Shown here one piece after another: positions 33,317 to 42,075 of a stretch of DNA of 51,507 nucleotides; position 1 is the first letter of the stretch, and each line of letters starts with the position of its first letter. The stretch spans positions 1 through 51,507 of the IMG/VR virus record IMGVR_UViG_3300037424_000314, one strand, 5' to 3'. The translations under genes were made by a program, and so were the position numbers. This DNA is from a virus. The notes under the pieces are model-generated. The model saw nothing but the letters and a program-made list of their open reading frames with translations. It had not been told where the DNA came from and did not search any database.

Positions 33317-34921
33317 ATGCCAGATGATCCTTTCACCGCACAGATTAGGGCCGCTCAAGGCATGCAGGCGATGAAGCAGGTGGCAGGTTATCCGTACATG
33401 CCCTACTCATCCCAGGCCACTGGTTATGAGCCTCAGACCGGTGGCCGACAGGCGGCTGACATGATTGGGGGCGTCTTCAATGCCTGGATTGGGAAGAAGG
33501 CCAATGATTACCAGAATGAGGTGAAGGAGGCCGAGAGTGTCTTTACCCTTGCTAAACTTGGTTATGATCTTGGTGACCTGCTTTCTGATTCTAAGAAGCG
33601 TAAGGCGGTGGAGAAGGTCTTGGGCATCTCCCTACCACAAACTGCAGAGGGAGATTACGGCCCGCAGTCTGTCGAGAGAATTCAACAAAACCTCAGGAAG
33701 GCGATTCTCAAGGACCCACAGAACCAGTCGACCCTCGCGCGGGTTGTTCCTCAAGCTCAAGCCGAGATGGCGTCGCAGGGGCAGCCACCAATGCAGCCGC
33801 CAGTAGATCAAGGCATGTACGCCGAGGGTGGTATGCCTGGGCCCGGAGCGCCTGGACCCGGTATGCCTGGGCCAGGTGGAGCGGCCCCTGGCCAACCACC
33901 GATGATGGCACCACCTGGTGAGTCTGCCATGCCTCCTGGGATGGACCCCCGGATGGCGCGCATCTTGGCCGCTGACCCACAACACCAAGGGCGGATGGAG
34001 GAGATCGGGGCGACTGGCGCCGCGCAGCTGGCGACCGCCGGTTTGAAGGGTCAGTATGATCTGGCGCAGGAGTCGATGAAGCAGCGGCTCGCCTTCCAGA
34101 AGTCGGTGGGTGACAACGCCCAGCAGTTGTTCAGGGACTATGGTGGTGCTCTACCTGCGAGTTCAGCACTGGACATGTCACTGTCTTTGATGACGGGCAG
34201 GCAGCCGGATAAGGGTACGGTCGAGTCGTTTCAGAACGCGATGTCACCTGACCAACGCGAGCTGCAGAAGTCAATCTTACCAGTCATCAAGGAGGCATTT
34301 CCGAACCTGTTGCCAGATCAGATGTCCATCATGGCAGGCATGGCCGCACAGGGGAAACAGATTCCGCTTGCTGATCTACCAACTGAAATTATTACGTGGA
34401 CCGATCCAAAGGATGGAGTAACAAGAACTGAACAAGTCCCGTTGAACTATCTTGCGAAGAAGGCGGCGATAAACCTGGAGTTTCAAAAGGTGAATACGCA
34501 GTATGCCAACCTTCAAAAGGGTCAACTGCAACAGCTCTTGACCACACCGAGTAAGGTGATGGTGCCTGATAATAAAGGAAATATGGTGCCGTTACCGATG
34601 GCCCTAGCGCGTGACGCCCAGATGATTGAAGAGAGCATGGAACGGATTAGGACATCCAAGATTGATATTAAGAACATTGATGCCTTGGTCACATTCTTGA
34701 GGAGCACTCAGGTTAGCCCAGGCGACCGGTCAGTGGCCTTAGAGACCTTGGCTAAACAGCTCGGCTTTAAGACCGCTAAAGATGAGGGGTTCATCAACTG
34801 GATTCGAAATTACAATCAGTGGCGTCTATTGCCGCCTGAACCAGGAGAACAATCACCGTTTGGTACACCACCTGCTGGTGTACAGCCTGGCGGGGTCCCA
34901 CAACAACCTAGACAGAGGTAG
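33317..34921 (+). CDS. Pro/Gly/Met-rich internal virion protein, putative
   Basis: 534 aa with a central low-complexity tract GMPGPGAPGPGMPGPGGAAPGQPPMMAPPGESAMPPGMDP. The call rests on position. Confidence 0.5.
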   Translation: MPDDPFTAQIRAAQGMQAMKQVAGYPYMPYSSQATGYEPQTGGRQAADMIGGVFNAWIGKKANDYQNEVKEAESVFTLAKLGYDLGDLLSDSKKRKAVEKVLGISLPQTAEGDYGPQSVERIQQNLRKAILKDPQNQSTLARVVPQAQAEMASQGQPPMQPPVDQGMYAEGGMPGPGAPGPGMPGPGGAAPGQPPMMAPPGESAMPPGMDPRMARILAADPQHQGRMEEIGATGAAQLATAGLKGQYDLAQESMKQRLAFQKSVGDNAQQLFRDYGGALPASSALDMSLSLMTGRQPDKGTVESFQNAMSPDQRELQKSILPVIKEAFPNLLPDQMSIMAGMAAQGKQIPLADLPTEIITWTDPKDGVTRTEQVPLNYLAKKAAINLEFQKVNTQYANLQKGQLQQLLTTPSKVMVPDNKGNMVPLPMALARDAQMIEESMERIRTSKIDIKNIDALVTFLRSTQVSPGDRSVALETLAKQLGFKTAKDEGFINWIRNYNQWRLLPPEPGEQSPFGTPPAGVQPGGVPQQPRQR

Positions 34922-34924
34922 CCT

Positions 34925-37900
34925 ATGGGTACCGTACCACCAATTGGACGGACAGGGATCCCTGAGATTGACGAGATCTATCAATCATGGGAAATCAAGG
35001 CCGCTGAGTCAGCACCAGAATCCCTTAAACCTCCTACCCTCGACATCCCACTCGAGGTTCTTCAGAAGCAGCACGCCGCCAATCAGGCTGAGAGCGCAAA
35101 ATCATGGTGGTCTGGTTTTTACGACGCTCTAAAACCTGAGCGAGATGACATCTCGTTGGCGTCGCACCTTACATCGGAGGTTATCCGTGGTTCCTTTGGC
35201 CAGGCGTTATCAGGCATGGCCTCTGTCTTTGTTGATCTTCCTGGTAAGATCCTATCAGGTGCACAGAACTTACCTGGGGCACTGCAACAGGCGGGCTATG
35301 AGGGCCGGAACGTTGCAGACACGCTCAAGGCTGATAGCCCTGAGCTCGCTAAACAGGTAGAAGAGACGGTCAATGCACTATACCCGGTGAACACCGAGAT
35401 GACCAAGAGCTTTTGGGCGGGGGACTTGCCGCGCGGTGCCGGTTCCCTTGCCTTTAACCTCTTGGCCGGACCATCAGGCGCATTGACCTTAGGCTCTGCA
35501 ATCGCGGCAGGACAAGGATTTAAGGAGGCCGAGGAGGCGGGTGCCCCATTCGGCGCGGCCCTTGGGTCCCTGGTGTCCAACGGCCTCCTGGGCGCGACCG
35601 AGGCTGCACCGATCCTAGGTGCATATGAGCGAATCGCAGGCAAGCTTGGTCCTTTGGGAATGGAGAAGATCCTTAAGAAGTACTCACACACGACGCTGGC
35701 CGCCGGGATCGCGGGCGTCCTTGAGGAGGGCACCCAGGAGGTGTTGCAACAGTTCGGGTCCAATGTAACCGCCAAGATGCTCTATGACACCCAGCGGGAT
35801 CTCATGGAGGGCGTGGCGACCTCTGGTGAGGTTGGTGGCATCCTGGGCTTTGTGATGAATGCGATGGCCAGGAAGATCGGTCACCTGCGTACCTCGAAGT
35901 ATGACAAGCCAAATACCAGGTCACAGCCTCCTGTCGTCACCGACATGGAGAAGGTGCCTGATCCTACTAGTCTAGGGTCTCAGGCCCGTCTGCATGTTGC
36001 ACAGGATGAATTCAAGTATCTAAACGCGGTGCCTGAGTCCTCCACGGTATTTTCAGGTAGGGACCTTGAGACCGCGCAGTTGGTTGGACCCACCGTGACA
36101 TTTGAGGACGGTACCACCGCCGCGATGAATCGCGAGTGGGAGCCTGAGATCAAGGCAAAGTTCATTCAAGAGGTGATAAAGGCAGGTCGATCGGTCACTG
36201 ACGTGATGGGCTCAGCCCTTGACGTGCAGGAGTACTATAATCTCTTGTCGGTCTACGCGACGCCGTCTGAGACCACTGAGACGGTCATGACAACCCCTGA
36301 GGAGGCTACCAGCGCTGCCACTACCCTTGCGGATCTCGGCATTTCCGCCGTGGCTGATGGAAATACTCTCGTCGTGTACCCAGACCAAAAGACCGCGCGA
36401 GAGGGTCGAGAGCTTAAATATCAACAGCCGTCGACTCAAGAAGAGGGACTCACGAACGTGCTTGAGCAGGGTGGGACATTCCGCAAGGAGGAGTTTACGT
36501 TCCCAACCGAAGAGGCATTAACTGGTCCTGTCACATCTCAGTTTACTGAGGGGTTGTTCACTGGTGAGAGAATTGCACAAGATCTAGGAATGACGGCTGA
36601 GGAGGCCGTTACCGCCGGCACAGTCCGTCGGACCCCTGAGGGCATGTATGAGTATACTGAAAGGACGGTTAATCCGCCCAAGGCCCCGTTTCGTGCTGGC
36701 TGGAACCCTGACTATGAGAACTACCTTAAGGGCACGCAGGATCGACCACAGCTTATCCTTGCATACGAGGCCTTAAGGCGTGACGTCGACTCAGGGACCA
36801 TTAAGGACAACATGATGGTCTCCGCTGCGCAGGCGTCACTCATGGAGATGGAGGAGCTGATCAAGCAGCGTCACCCAGACTGGGCGCAGCAGTTTAAGCT
36901 TGGTGAGCCCCGTGATCGGGCCTTTACGCCTGAGCCACAGTATGGTCCGGAAGGTCTTCCTGGTCCACGTCAGTTGCCCCTGCCGATGTACACCCAAGAG
37001 CAACCGACGCAGGGTGCGCCGATGGTGGCGACTGACCTGAACCTGACGCCTGACCAACGGGTTGAGGCGGCCCAGCGCTCAGGCCAGCTTGGTGGGCAGG
37101 CTGACCAGCTCCTTGAACGAATGATCGGTCGTCGTCGATCTGTGAATGACCTATCTCCCAAGGTACAGCTCATGCTGGCCCTTGAGTCTGAGGGCTTTGA
37201 CCCGCGTCTTCTAGACGAGGACGAGGTTCAGGCCCTATCAGACGAGCTGAACGCTGAGGAATTCGCGGTGACACCTGGAGGGGAAGAGCGCGTCACTCGA
37301 CGTGAGCGCATCCTGCGGCGTCTAGCTGAGTTACCAGGTCGTACGGCACAAACACCAACAGGACCGGTCAGGATGGTTAGGTTTGAGGAGGCCAATCTCA
37401 ATGAGGATATTGAGGGCGTCATGCTCATCAATGAGGGCGACACCCTCATTGGAGTTGGCAAGGGGTTTGGTATCTCAGTGATGAATCATGAGATTGGCCA
37501 CCACCTTGTGAAGCGTATTACGTTCCTCAAGAACCGCATCGATATGTGGGATCAATTTGGCGACCTAGGTTTAAGAACTGAAGAGCCAACGGCTGATACC
37601 TTGAATAAGATGGCTAAGGCATTGACATCTGAATATTATGCTTATAAGAATCCGAGCGTCGCTCGTGAAGAGATCTTTGTTCGGTTAATGAGCAGCATCA
37701 AGAATATCTGGGAGCCACAGGCCAAGGAGGAGATGCGACGCCTCGTGCAGATTGATACTTCACTTGAGCATGTCCTTGACTTGGCGCATAACTTTTCTGA
37801 ACACACGCAAGACGTGATCAGGGGTGACAACGATTACTGGGCACGTCGGATGGGCCGGTACATGCGCAGCGTGAATCAACGCCTTAACCCGGCGGCAAGC

Positions 37901-40483
37901 GCAGTGACCTGGGCCGACATCATCCTTGGTGATGGTACCTCAATCTTTATAGATGAGAATGGTCAGTGGTCCATTGATCATGGTGATCGCGTTGAGAGCT
38001 TTGAAAGTTTTCGAGATTTATTGTTCCTCTACGACAAAAAGTCAGACTTCACCCAGGCCCCAGACCTCGTGGGTAATCTTGAACGTGAGGCTAAGGAGCT
38101 CGGTGGTAAGGACTTCTTTAATGGTCTACCTTGGGTCGATGGGCCACCCCGGTATAACCCTGAGGCGGACCAACTTGGTCCTGTCACTGAGGACGACATC
38201 TATGAGGCTGTCAGTAAGTATACTCGACGGGACGTATTGGCTGGCAAGCCCTTTAAGGCGGAGGTAGCCCGTGAGGAGGCCAAGGAGTCCTTTGGCTCAT
38301 CCGGCCTGTCAGCCTTCTGGCGGGCCTCGCGAGACTGGTTCAATCAAGTTGAACGTGACCTGGGTCATCAGATCTTTTCTAACATCTACCTACCATTGGA
38401 CTCGGCGCGTATTCCACATGACCGGTGGTTGGATCAGGCGGCGAAGAAGATCAAGCACCTTTGGAGGATCCCAGTTGAACGACGGGTGGTCTTGCGTGAT
38501 TACCTTGAGGCCAAGGGCGCTGAGGCCAAGGCAGAGGTAGCCTTACGTAATCATATGTCGGATCAGGAACTTAGATGGTCTGCTGAGATCCGCAACTATT
38601 TTGATGAGACCTTCAGGGAGTTCGGGATCGGTGATGCTGCCCCGTACGTTGAGGACTACATGCCGCGCGTGATGCGTGCGGTGTACGCCCAACGCGCCGG
38701 GAAGAAATCAGACTTCTCCCCTTTTAGTGAATCAGGGGTGAATGAGACGGCGGACTACTTTGCCAAGCACGCACGCACCATTGAGGATGCCAAGCGCGCT
38801 GCGACCGAGCCTGACGCGGTCAAGCTCCTATGGGTTCACATGCAGATGGGCGCCCGCGAGCACTTCATGGGCAAGGCCTGGGACCAGGCAGTGCAGGCAT
38901 TCAAGGACCCTAACCTTCCAAGGGGCCTGCGGCTGCCGATCGCCAACTACATGAATACCATGTACGGTGGGCGTGACTACAGCATGGACGCCATCCGGAA
39001 TTGGTGGAGGGCGATCATCAAGCTACCGCTGATGAATCGACTCGGTCTCACGGAGGAGTGGATCGACAAGTTGGTCTTATTCCAGTACTCTAGCTCATTG
39101 GGGATGCGGCCGGCCCTAATGGTCAGGGACATGACGCAGTCCTTCCTGTCGGCGTATCCTCACCTAGGTGCACGTTGGTACGGGCACGGGCTACGGATGA
39201 TTGCAGATGAATCAACCTGGGATCTAGCAGAGAAGTACGGTGCTCTTGTACCTCAAGCGTCAGCACCGATCCCAGAGGGTTCATTCACCCCTGGTAAGCA
39301 AGAGACTGGTGAGATATTTACTGAGGATTTTCTGCGTAGCACACTGTGGTTCACCCAGGCGGGCAATAACTTCGGGCGGGCCGTAACGTTCCGGGCGGTT
39401 TATGATCGAGCACTCCCGGCCATCGCCAGATTTAGACAGGATCATAATGTCGACGTTTTCCACAGAGACTCCGGCGCGGGCAAACTGCAGGAGTCCCTGA
39501 CAAAAGACATCGAAATGAAAGCCGTAAGCGATGACATACCCATCGAAGACGTCGCGGGCACGTTGGCACGTTATTTTGTTGAGCATACACAGTTTCCATT
39601 CCGAAAGGGTAATGCCCCATGGCCTCTGCGATATCAAGCTGGTAGAATCCTAGGGATGTACGGCCAGTGGAGTGAACAGTTTAGCGAGTATATGTGGCGA
39701 TCGTGGCGGCGTGGCACCCCTGGGGAGCGACTCCAGTGGATGTCGAGATGGGCCGTGGCCAACTACTCCACGTATAAGTTCTTTGAGACCATGGGTGCCG
39801 ACGTATCTCGCTGGGTTTGGACATCCCCTGGTGAGTATAGCGGTTCAGTGTTCAGTAGTCTCGCCGCTGACATCATGGGCGCTCCGGCAATCGGTTCAAA
39901 ATATGGGGAGACCGCGCGAAAGGGATTGATTGAAGCGCCTCTAGATTTCATCCCCATGTGGGCACAGATGAAGAACATGGCGAAGGCCATGAATGACCCG
40001 AACCCTTTGGTCAGGATGTTGGGCTTCACACCGGTGAAGCCGAAGCCACCGTTCAGTGAGGAATACGCGGTTAATCTAGATAGAGCTGAACAAGACTTAG
40101 AAGATCTTGCAACTCAGGGCATTCAGGGAGAGCCCGGGGTTCAGGTCCCAGAGATTTTACAAGAGCTTCCAGTAACGCCAGGTGGCCCTGAGACTCTTGG
40201 CCCAACTGAGGATGAGGAGTTTGACGCCATGCGTGAGAGATACCTCGCGCGCCCACAAAAACCCGGCACTACAGAGCAAACGGAGGTGCTCCCTGGAGTC
40301 TTTAGGATCGGAGATATGAGCTGGGCTAACATGCCCGACCACAAGTCCTATGACCTAATCGTCTGGGACAAGGCCACTGGGCAGTATGTTGATACCTTCT
40401 TCAGTACTGCTGCAGATGAAGATCTCGTTGAGAAGGTTCGAGAACGTCGAGCCGCCTTTGGTTGGGATGAAAGGCCTAAATGA
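34925..40483 (+). CDS. Giant (1852 aa) internal virion/ejection-type protein with an HExxH zinc-metallopeptidase-like motif
   Basis: It is the longest ORF and the last large gene of the structural arm (T7 gp16-like position). VMNHEIGHHLVK is at residues ~852-863. No lytic transglycosylase or RNA polymerase motif recognised by eye. Confidence 0.6.
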   Translation: MGTVPPIGRTGIPEIDEIYQSWEIKAAESAPESLKPPTLDIPLEVLQKQHAANQAESAKSWWSGFYDALKPERDDISLASHLTSEVIRGSFGQALSGMASVFVDLPGKILSGAQNLPGALQQAGYEGRNVADTLKADSPELAKQVEETVNALYPVNTEMTKSFWAGDLPRGAGSLAFNLLAGPSGALTLGSAIAAGQGFKEAEEAGAPFGAALGSLVSNGLLGATEAAPILGAYERIAGKLGPLGMEKILKKYSHTTLAAGIAGVLEEGTQEVLQQFGSNVTAKMLYDTQRDLMEGVATSGEVGGILGFVMNAMARKIGHLRTSKYDKPNTRSQPPVVTDMEKVPDPTSLGSQARLHVAQDEFKYLNAVPESSTVFSGRDLETAQLVGPTVTFEDGTTAAMNREWEPEIKAKFIQEVIKAGRSVTDVMGSALDVQEYYNLLSVYATPSETTETVMTTPEEATSAATTLADLGISAVADGNTLVVYPDQKTAREGRELKYQQPSTQEEGLTNVLEQGGTFRKEEFTFPTEEALTGPVTSQFTEGLFTGERIAQDLGMTAEEAVTAGTVRRTPEGMYEYTERTVNPPKAPFRAGWNPDYENYLKGTQDRPQLILAYEALRRDVDSGTIKDNMMVSAAQASLMEMEELIKQRHPDWAQQFKLGEPRDRAFTPEPQYGPEGLPGPRQLPLPMYTQEQPTQGAPMVATDLNLTPDQRVEAAQRSGQLGGQADQLLERMIGRRRSVNDLSPKVQLMLALESEGFDPRLLDEDEVQALSDELNAEEFAVTPGGEERVTRRERILRRLAELPGRTAQTPTGPVRMVRFEEANLNEDIEGVMLINEGDTLIGVGKGFGISVMNHEIGHHLVKRITFLKNRIDMWDQFGDLGLRTEEPTADTLNKMAKALTSEYYAYKNPSVAREEIFVRLMSSIKNIWEPQAKEEMRRLVQIDTSLEHVLDLAHNFSEHTQDVIRGDNDYWARRMGRYMRSVNQRLNPAASAVTWADIILGDGTSIFIDENGQWSIDHGDRVESFESFRDLLFLYDKKSDFTQAPDLVGNLEREAKELGGKDFFNGLPWVDGPPRYNPEADQLGPVTEDDIYEAVSKYTRRDVLAGKPFKAEVAREEAKESFGSSGLSAFWRASRDWFNQVERDLGHQIFSNIYLPLDSARIPHDRWLDQAAKKIKHLWRIPVERRVVLRDYLEAKGAEAKAEVALRNHMSDQELRWSAEIRNYFDETFREFGIGDAAPYVEDYMPRVMRAVYAQRAGKKSDFSPFSESGVNETADYFAKHARTIEDAKRAATEPDAVKLLWVHMQMGAREHFMGKAWDQAVQAFKDPNLPRGLRLPIANYMNTMYGGRDYSMDAIRNWWRAIIKLPLMNRLGLTEEWIDKLVLFQYSSSLGMRPALMVRDMTQSFLSAYPHLGARWYGHGLRMIADESTWDLAEKYGALVPQASAPIPEGSFTPGKQETGEIFTEDFLRSTLWFTQAGNNFGRAVTFRAVYDRALPAIARFRQDHNVDVFHRDSGAGKLQESLTKDIEMKAVSDDIPIEDVAGTLARYFVEHTQFPFRKGNAPWPLRYQAGRILGMYGQWSEQFSEYMWRSWRRGTPGERLQWMSRWAVANYSTYKFFETMGADVSRWVWTSPGEYSGSVFSSLAADIMGAPAIGSKYGETARKGLIEAPLDFIPMWAQMKNMAKAMNDPNPLVRMLGFTPVKPKPPFSEEYAVNLDRAEQDLEDLATQGIQGEPGVQVPEILQELPVTPGGPETLGPTEDEEFDAMRERYLARPQKPGTTEQTEVLPGVFRIGDMSWANMPDHKSYDLIVWDKATGQYVDTFFSTAADEDLVEKVRERRAAFGWDERPK
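37487..37501 (+). other. HEIGH (HExxH) motif codons inside the giant protein
   Basis: cat gag att ggc cac, read directly. Confidence 0.8.
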
Positions 40484-40484
40484 G

Positions 40485-40712
40485 ATGGATGAGAAACATC
40501 TATTTGATGACATTGAGGAGATCAAAGATCGTTTAACGAAAATTGATCAGGTACTACGTGGCGACGAGTCTGGTGAGACGGTGGGTCTGGTATCTCGGGT
40601 TAAGCGCCTTGAAGAGATCCATAATTTTCTTCGGCTTTTTATCGGTGCCTTAGTAGGATCTGCCATCACCCTCTTGGCAGCGTACCTCAGCAGCAAACAA
40701 CCACATCAATAA
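40485..40712 (+). CDS. Small C-terminally membrane-anchored coiled-coil protein (lysis-associated candidate)
   Basis: 75 aa from the ATG at 40485, 1 nt after the upstream TGA. C-terminal TM segment LFIGALVGSAITLLAAYL. Confidence 0.45.
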   Translation: MDEKHLFDDIEEIKDRLTKIDQVLRGDESGETVGLVSRVKRLEEIHNFLRLFIGALVGSAITLLAAYLSSKQPHQ

Positions 40713-40723
40713 GGAGATAAACA

Positions 40724-40930
40724 ATGAAGAGATCATGGAACACGTTGTTTCAGGTGTTGGCAACGAGCACACAGTTGTTGAACCTGTACTCACCGATCAT
40801 CCCACCGAAGTATCTGGGCCTGACCGCGGCCATCCTGTCGGCCATACAAGGAACGGCGGCGGTCATTGCCCATAGCTTCAACCCAGACGGAACGGCGGCG
40901 GTCCTGCCCTATGTCCCTCCCCAAAAGTAG
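40724..40930 (+). CDS. Small two-TM membrane protein (holin-like candidate)
   Basis: 68 aa, SD AAGGAGATAAACA. Hydrophobic segments LFQVLATSTQLLNLYSPII and LGLTAAILSAIQGTAAVIAH. Confidence 0.4.
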   Translation: MKRSWNTLFQVLATSTQLLNLYSPIIPPKYLGLTAAILSAIQGTAAVIAHSFNPDGTAAVLPYVPPQK

Positions 40931-40931
40931 C

Positions 40932-41312
40932 TCAATCGATGATCCGGTCATCATCAGCGGGGTAGGGTCCAGTACCCAGTTTGGAGAACTGGTCAGTTAC
41001 AGTTCCTGGGGCATCCTTGATCTTACTGTAGATCTCAGTTTGGTCAAGGATGATGAACTCGACCTCCCCCGTCGATTTATCTGCCCGTGGGTGGGTCCGG
41101 TCAATCACGGTGAAGACGATCCCTGACAGACGTGTGAACAACACCCTCTCCCCTGGCTCAAACCCTCGCACGTCCGGGCCAACCGCCAGGATCTTACCGA
41201 CGGTTGTCTTGGACTTGGCCACGTCAGGGATGACCAGGCCTGCCTCTGACTTATAGACGAACGCGTCCCTGGCCACGATCATCTTGGTCCATACTGGTTC
41301 TAGTCGTTTCAT
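40932..41312 (-). CDS. GroES/Cpn10-like co-chaperonin
   Basis: 126 aa. LEPVWTKMIVARD...EAGLVIPDVAKSKTTVGKILAVGPDV...FEPGERVLFTRLSG...EFIILDQTEIYSKI follows the Cpn10 pattern (L-x-P-x-x-[DN]-[RK]-[VIL]-[LIV]-V...GI-x-IP...G-x-V-x-AVG...GD-x-V-x-[FY]...IL-x-x-x-DI-x-A). Confidence 0.6.
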   Translation of the reverse strand: MKRLEPVWTKMIVARDAFVYKSEAGLVIPDVAKSKTTVGKILAVGPDVRGFEPGERVLFTRLSGIVFTVIDRTHPRADKSTGEVEFIILDQTEIYSKIKDAPGTVTDQFSKLGTGPYPADDDRIID

Positions 41313-41644
41313 TCGTCAACCACCTCCCTGAATCGCCCGGTGGACGCCGCATCGTCAGCGGCCAGGTAATAGTCCCAGTCGGTTGCCAGCAGGTCCGTTT
41401 GACTTGGCAACCACGGGACAAAGGTCGGGACCGGGTCTGCCGTCTTCATCATGACATACGGTGAGAACACGCACACCGTGCCCTGGGGTATCCCAGTAGC
41501 TTGGGCCGTGTTCGAGTTGATGGGGATCCCCTCAGGATACCCCTTTTGAAGGGTGATGTACATGTCCCTTCCATTCCAGCCGCTACGCTGGACCTTGTGG
41601 CCGTTGCGCAGCTGGATGAGCGTCCACTCAAACCCACGTTTCAT
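41309..41644 (-). CDS. DUF2829-family protein (Tad2-like, candidate Thoeris anti-defence sponge)
   Basis: 111 aa. FEWTLIQLRNGHKVQRSGWNGRDMYITLQ...PWLPSQTDLLATDWDYY matches the DUF2829 hallmarks (G-[KH]-[KR]-V-x-R-x-GWNG...[IL]-x-LQ...W-x-[PA]-SQ-x-D-[LM]-LA-x-DW). ATGA overlaps on both sides. Confidence 0.75.
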   Translation of the reverse strand: MKRGFEWTLIQLRNGHKVQRSGWNGRDMYITLQKGYPEGIPINSNTAQATGIPQGTVCVFSPYVMMKTADPVPTFVPWLPSQTDLLATDWDYYLAADDAASTGRFREVVDE

Positions 41645-42075
41645 AACATTCCCCTTAGTTGATCCATGTCAAATAGTTTACCCGGGCATGACTTGTACGG
41701 TGCGTAGTCCCGGTGAGCTCGCACGTTCCTTGCAGGAATATTGAACCATGACATCCACGGGCGTAGTACCCGATTGATGAGGGCCACCAGCATGTCACGT
41801 TCAGGAGGGTACCAGTCATAGTTACCGACGCAGCAAACATGGAGGGCCTTACCATTCATGTCCTGTTCCTTCACGGCAGCGGCCCGCTGAGATATGTCGC
41901 GCCCTAACAAGGCGTAGTACTCTTTACCGATCAGCTCAACACCGGCATGGTAACCAATGTCAAGCCAACCATTAGAGATCCTATGATAGTTCTCAATTGC
42001 CTTCCAACTTACCGTCTCCCCGTCCTTCGTCAGGCTGTGGTGTATCACAATGTGTGTCCGTGTTAGGTTGCTCAA
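41641..42075 (-). CDS. N-acetylmuramoyl-L-alanine amidase (T7-lysozyme/PGRP-type endolysin)
   Basis: 144 aa. THIVIHHS, DIGYHAGV and YKSCPG motifs of the Amidase_2 fold. The TTG start at 42075 is preceded by AGAGGAGGAAG with 6-nt spacing. Confidence 0.9.
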   Translation of the reverse strand: MSNLTRTHIVIHHSLTKDGETVSWKAIENYHRISNGWLDIGYHAGVELIGKEYYALLGRDISQRAAAVKEQDMNGKALHVCCVGNYDWYPPERDMLVALINRVLRPWMSWFNIPARNVRAHRDYAPYKSCPGKLFDMDQLRGML

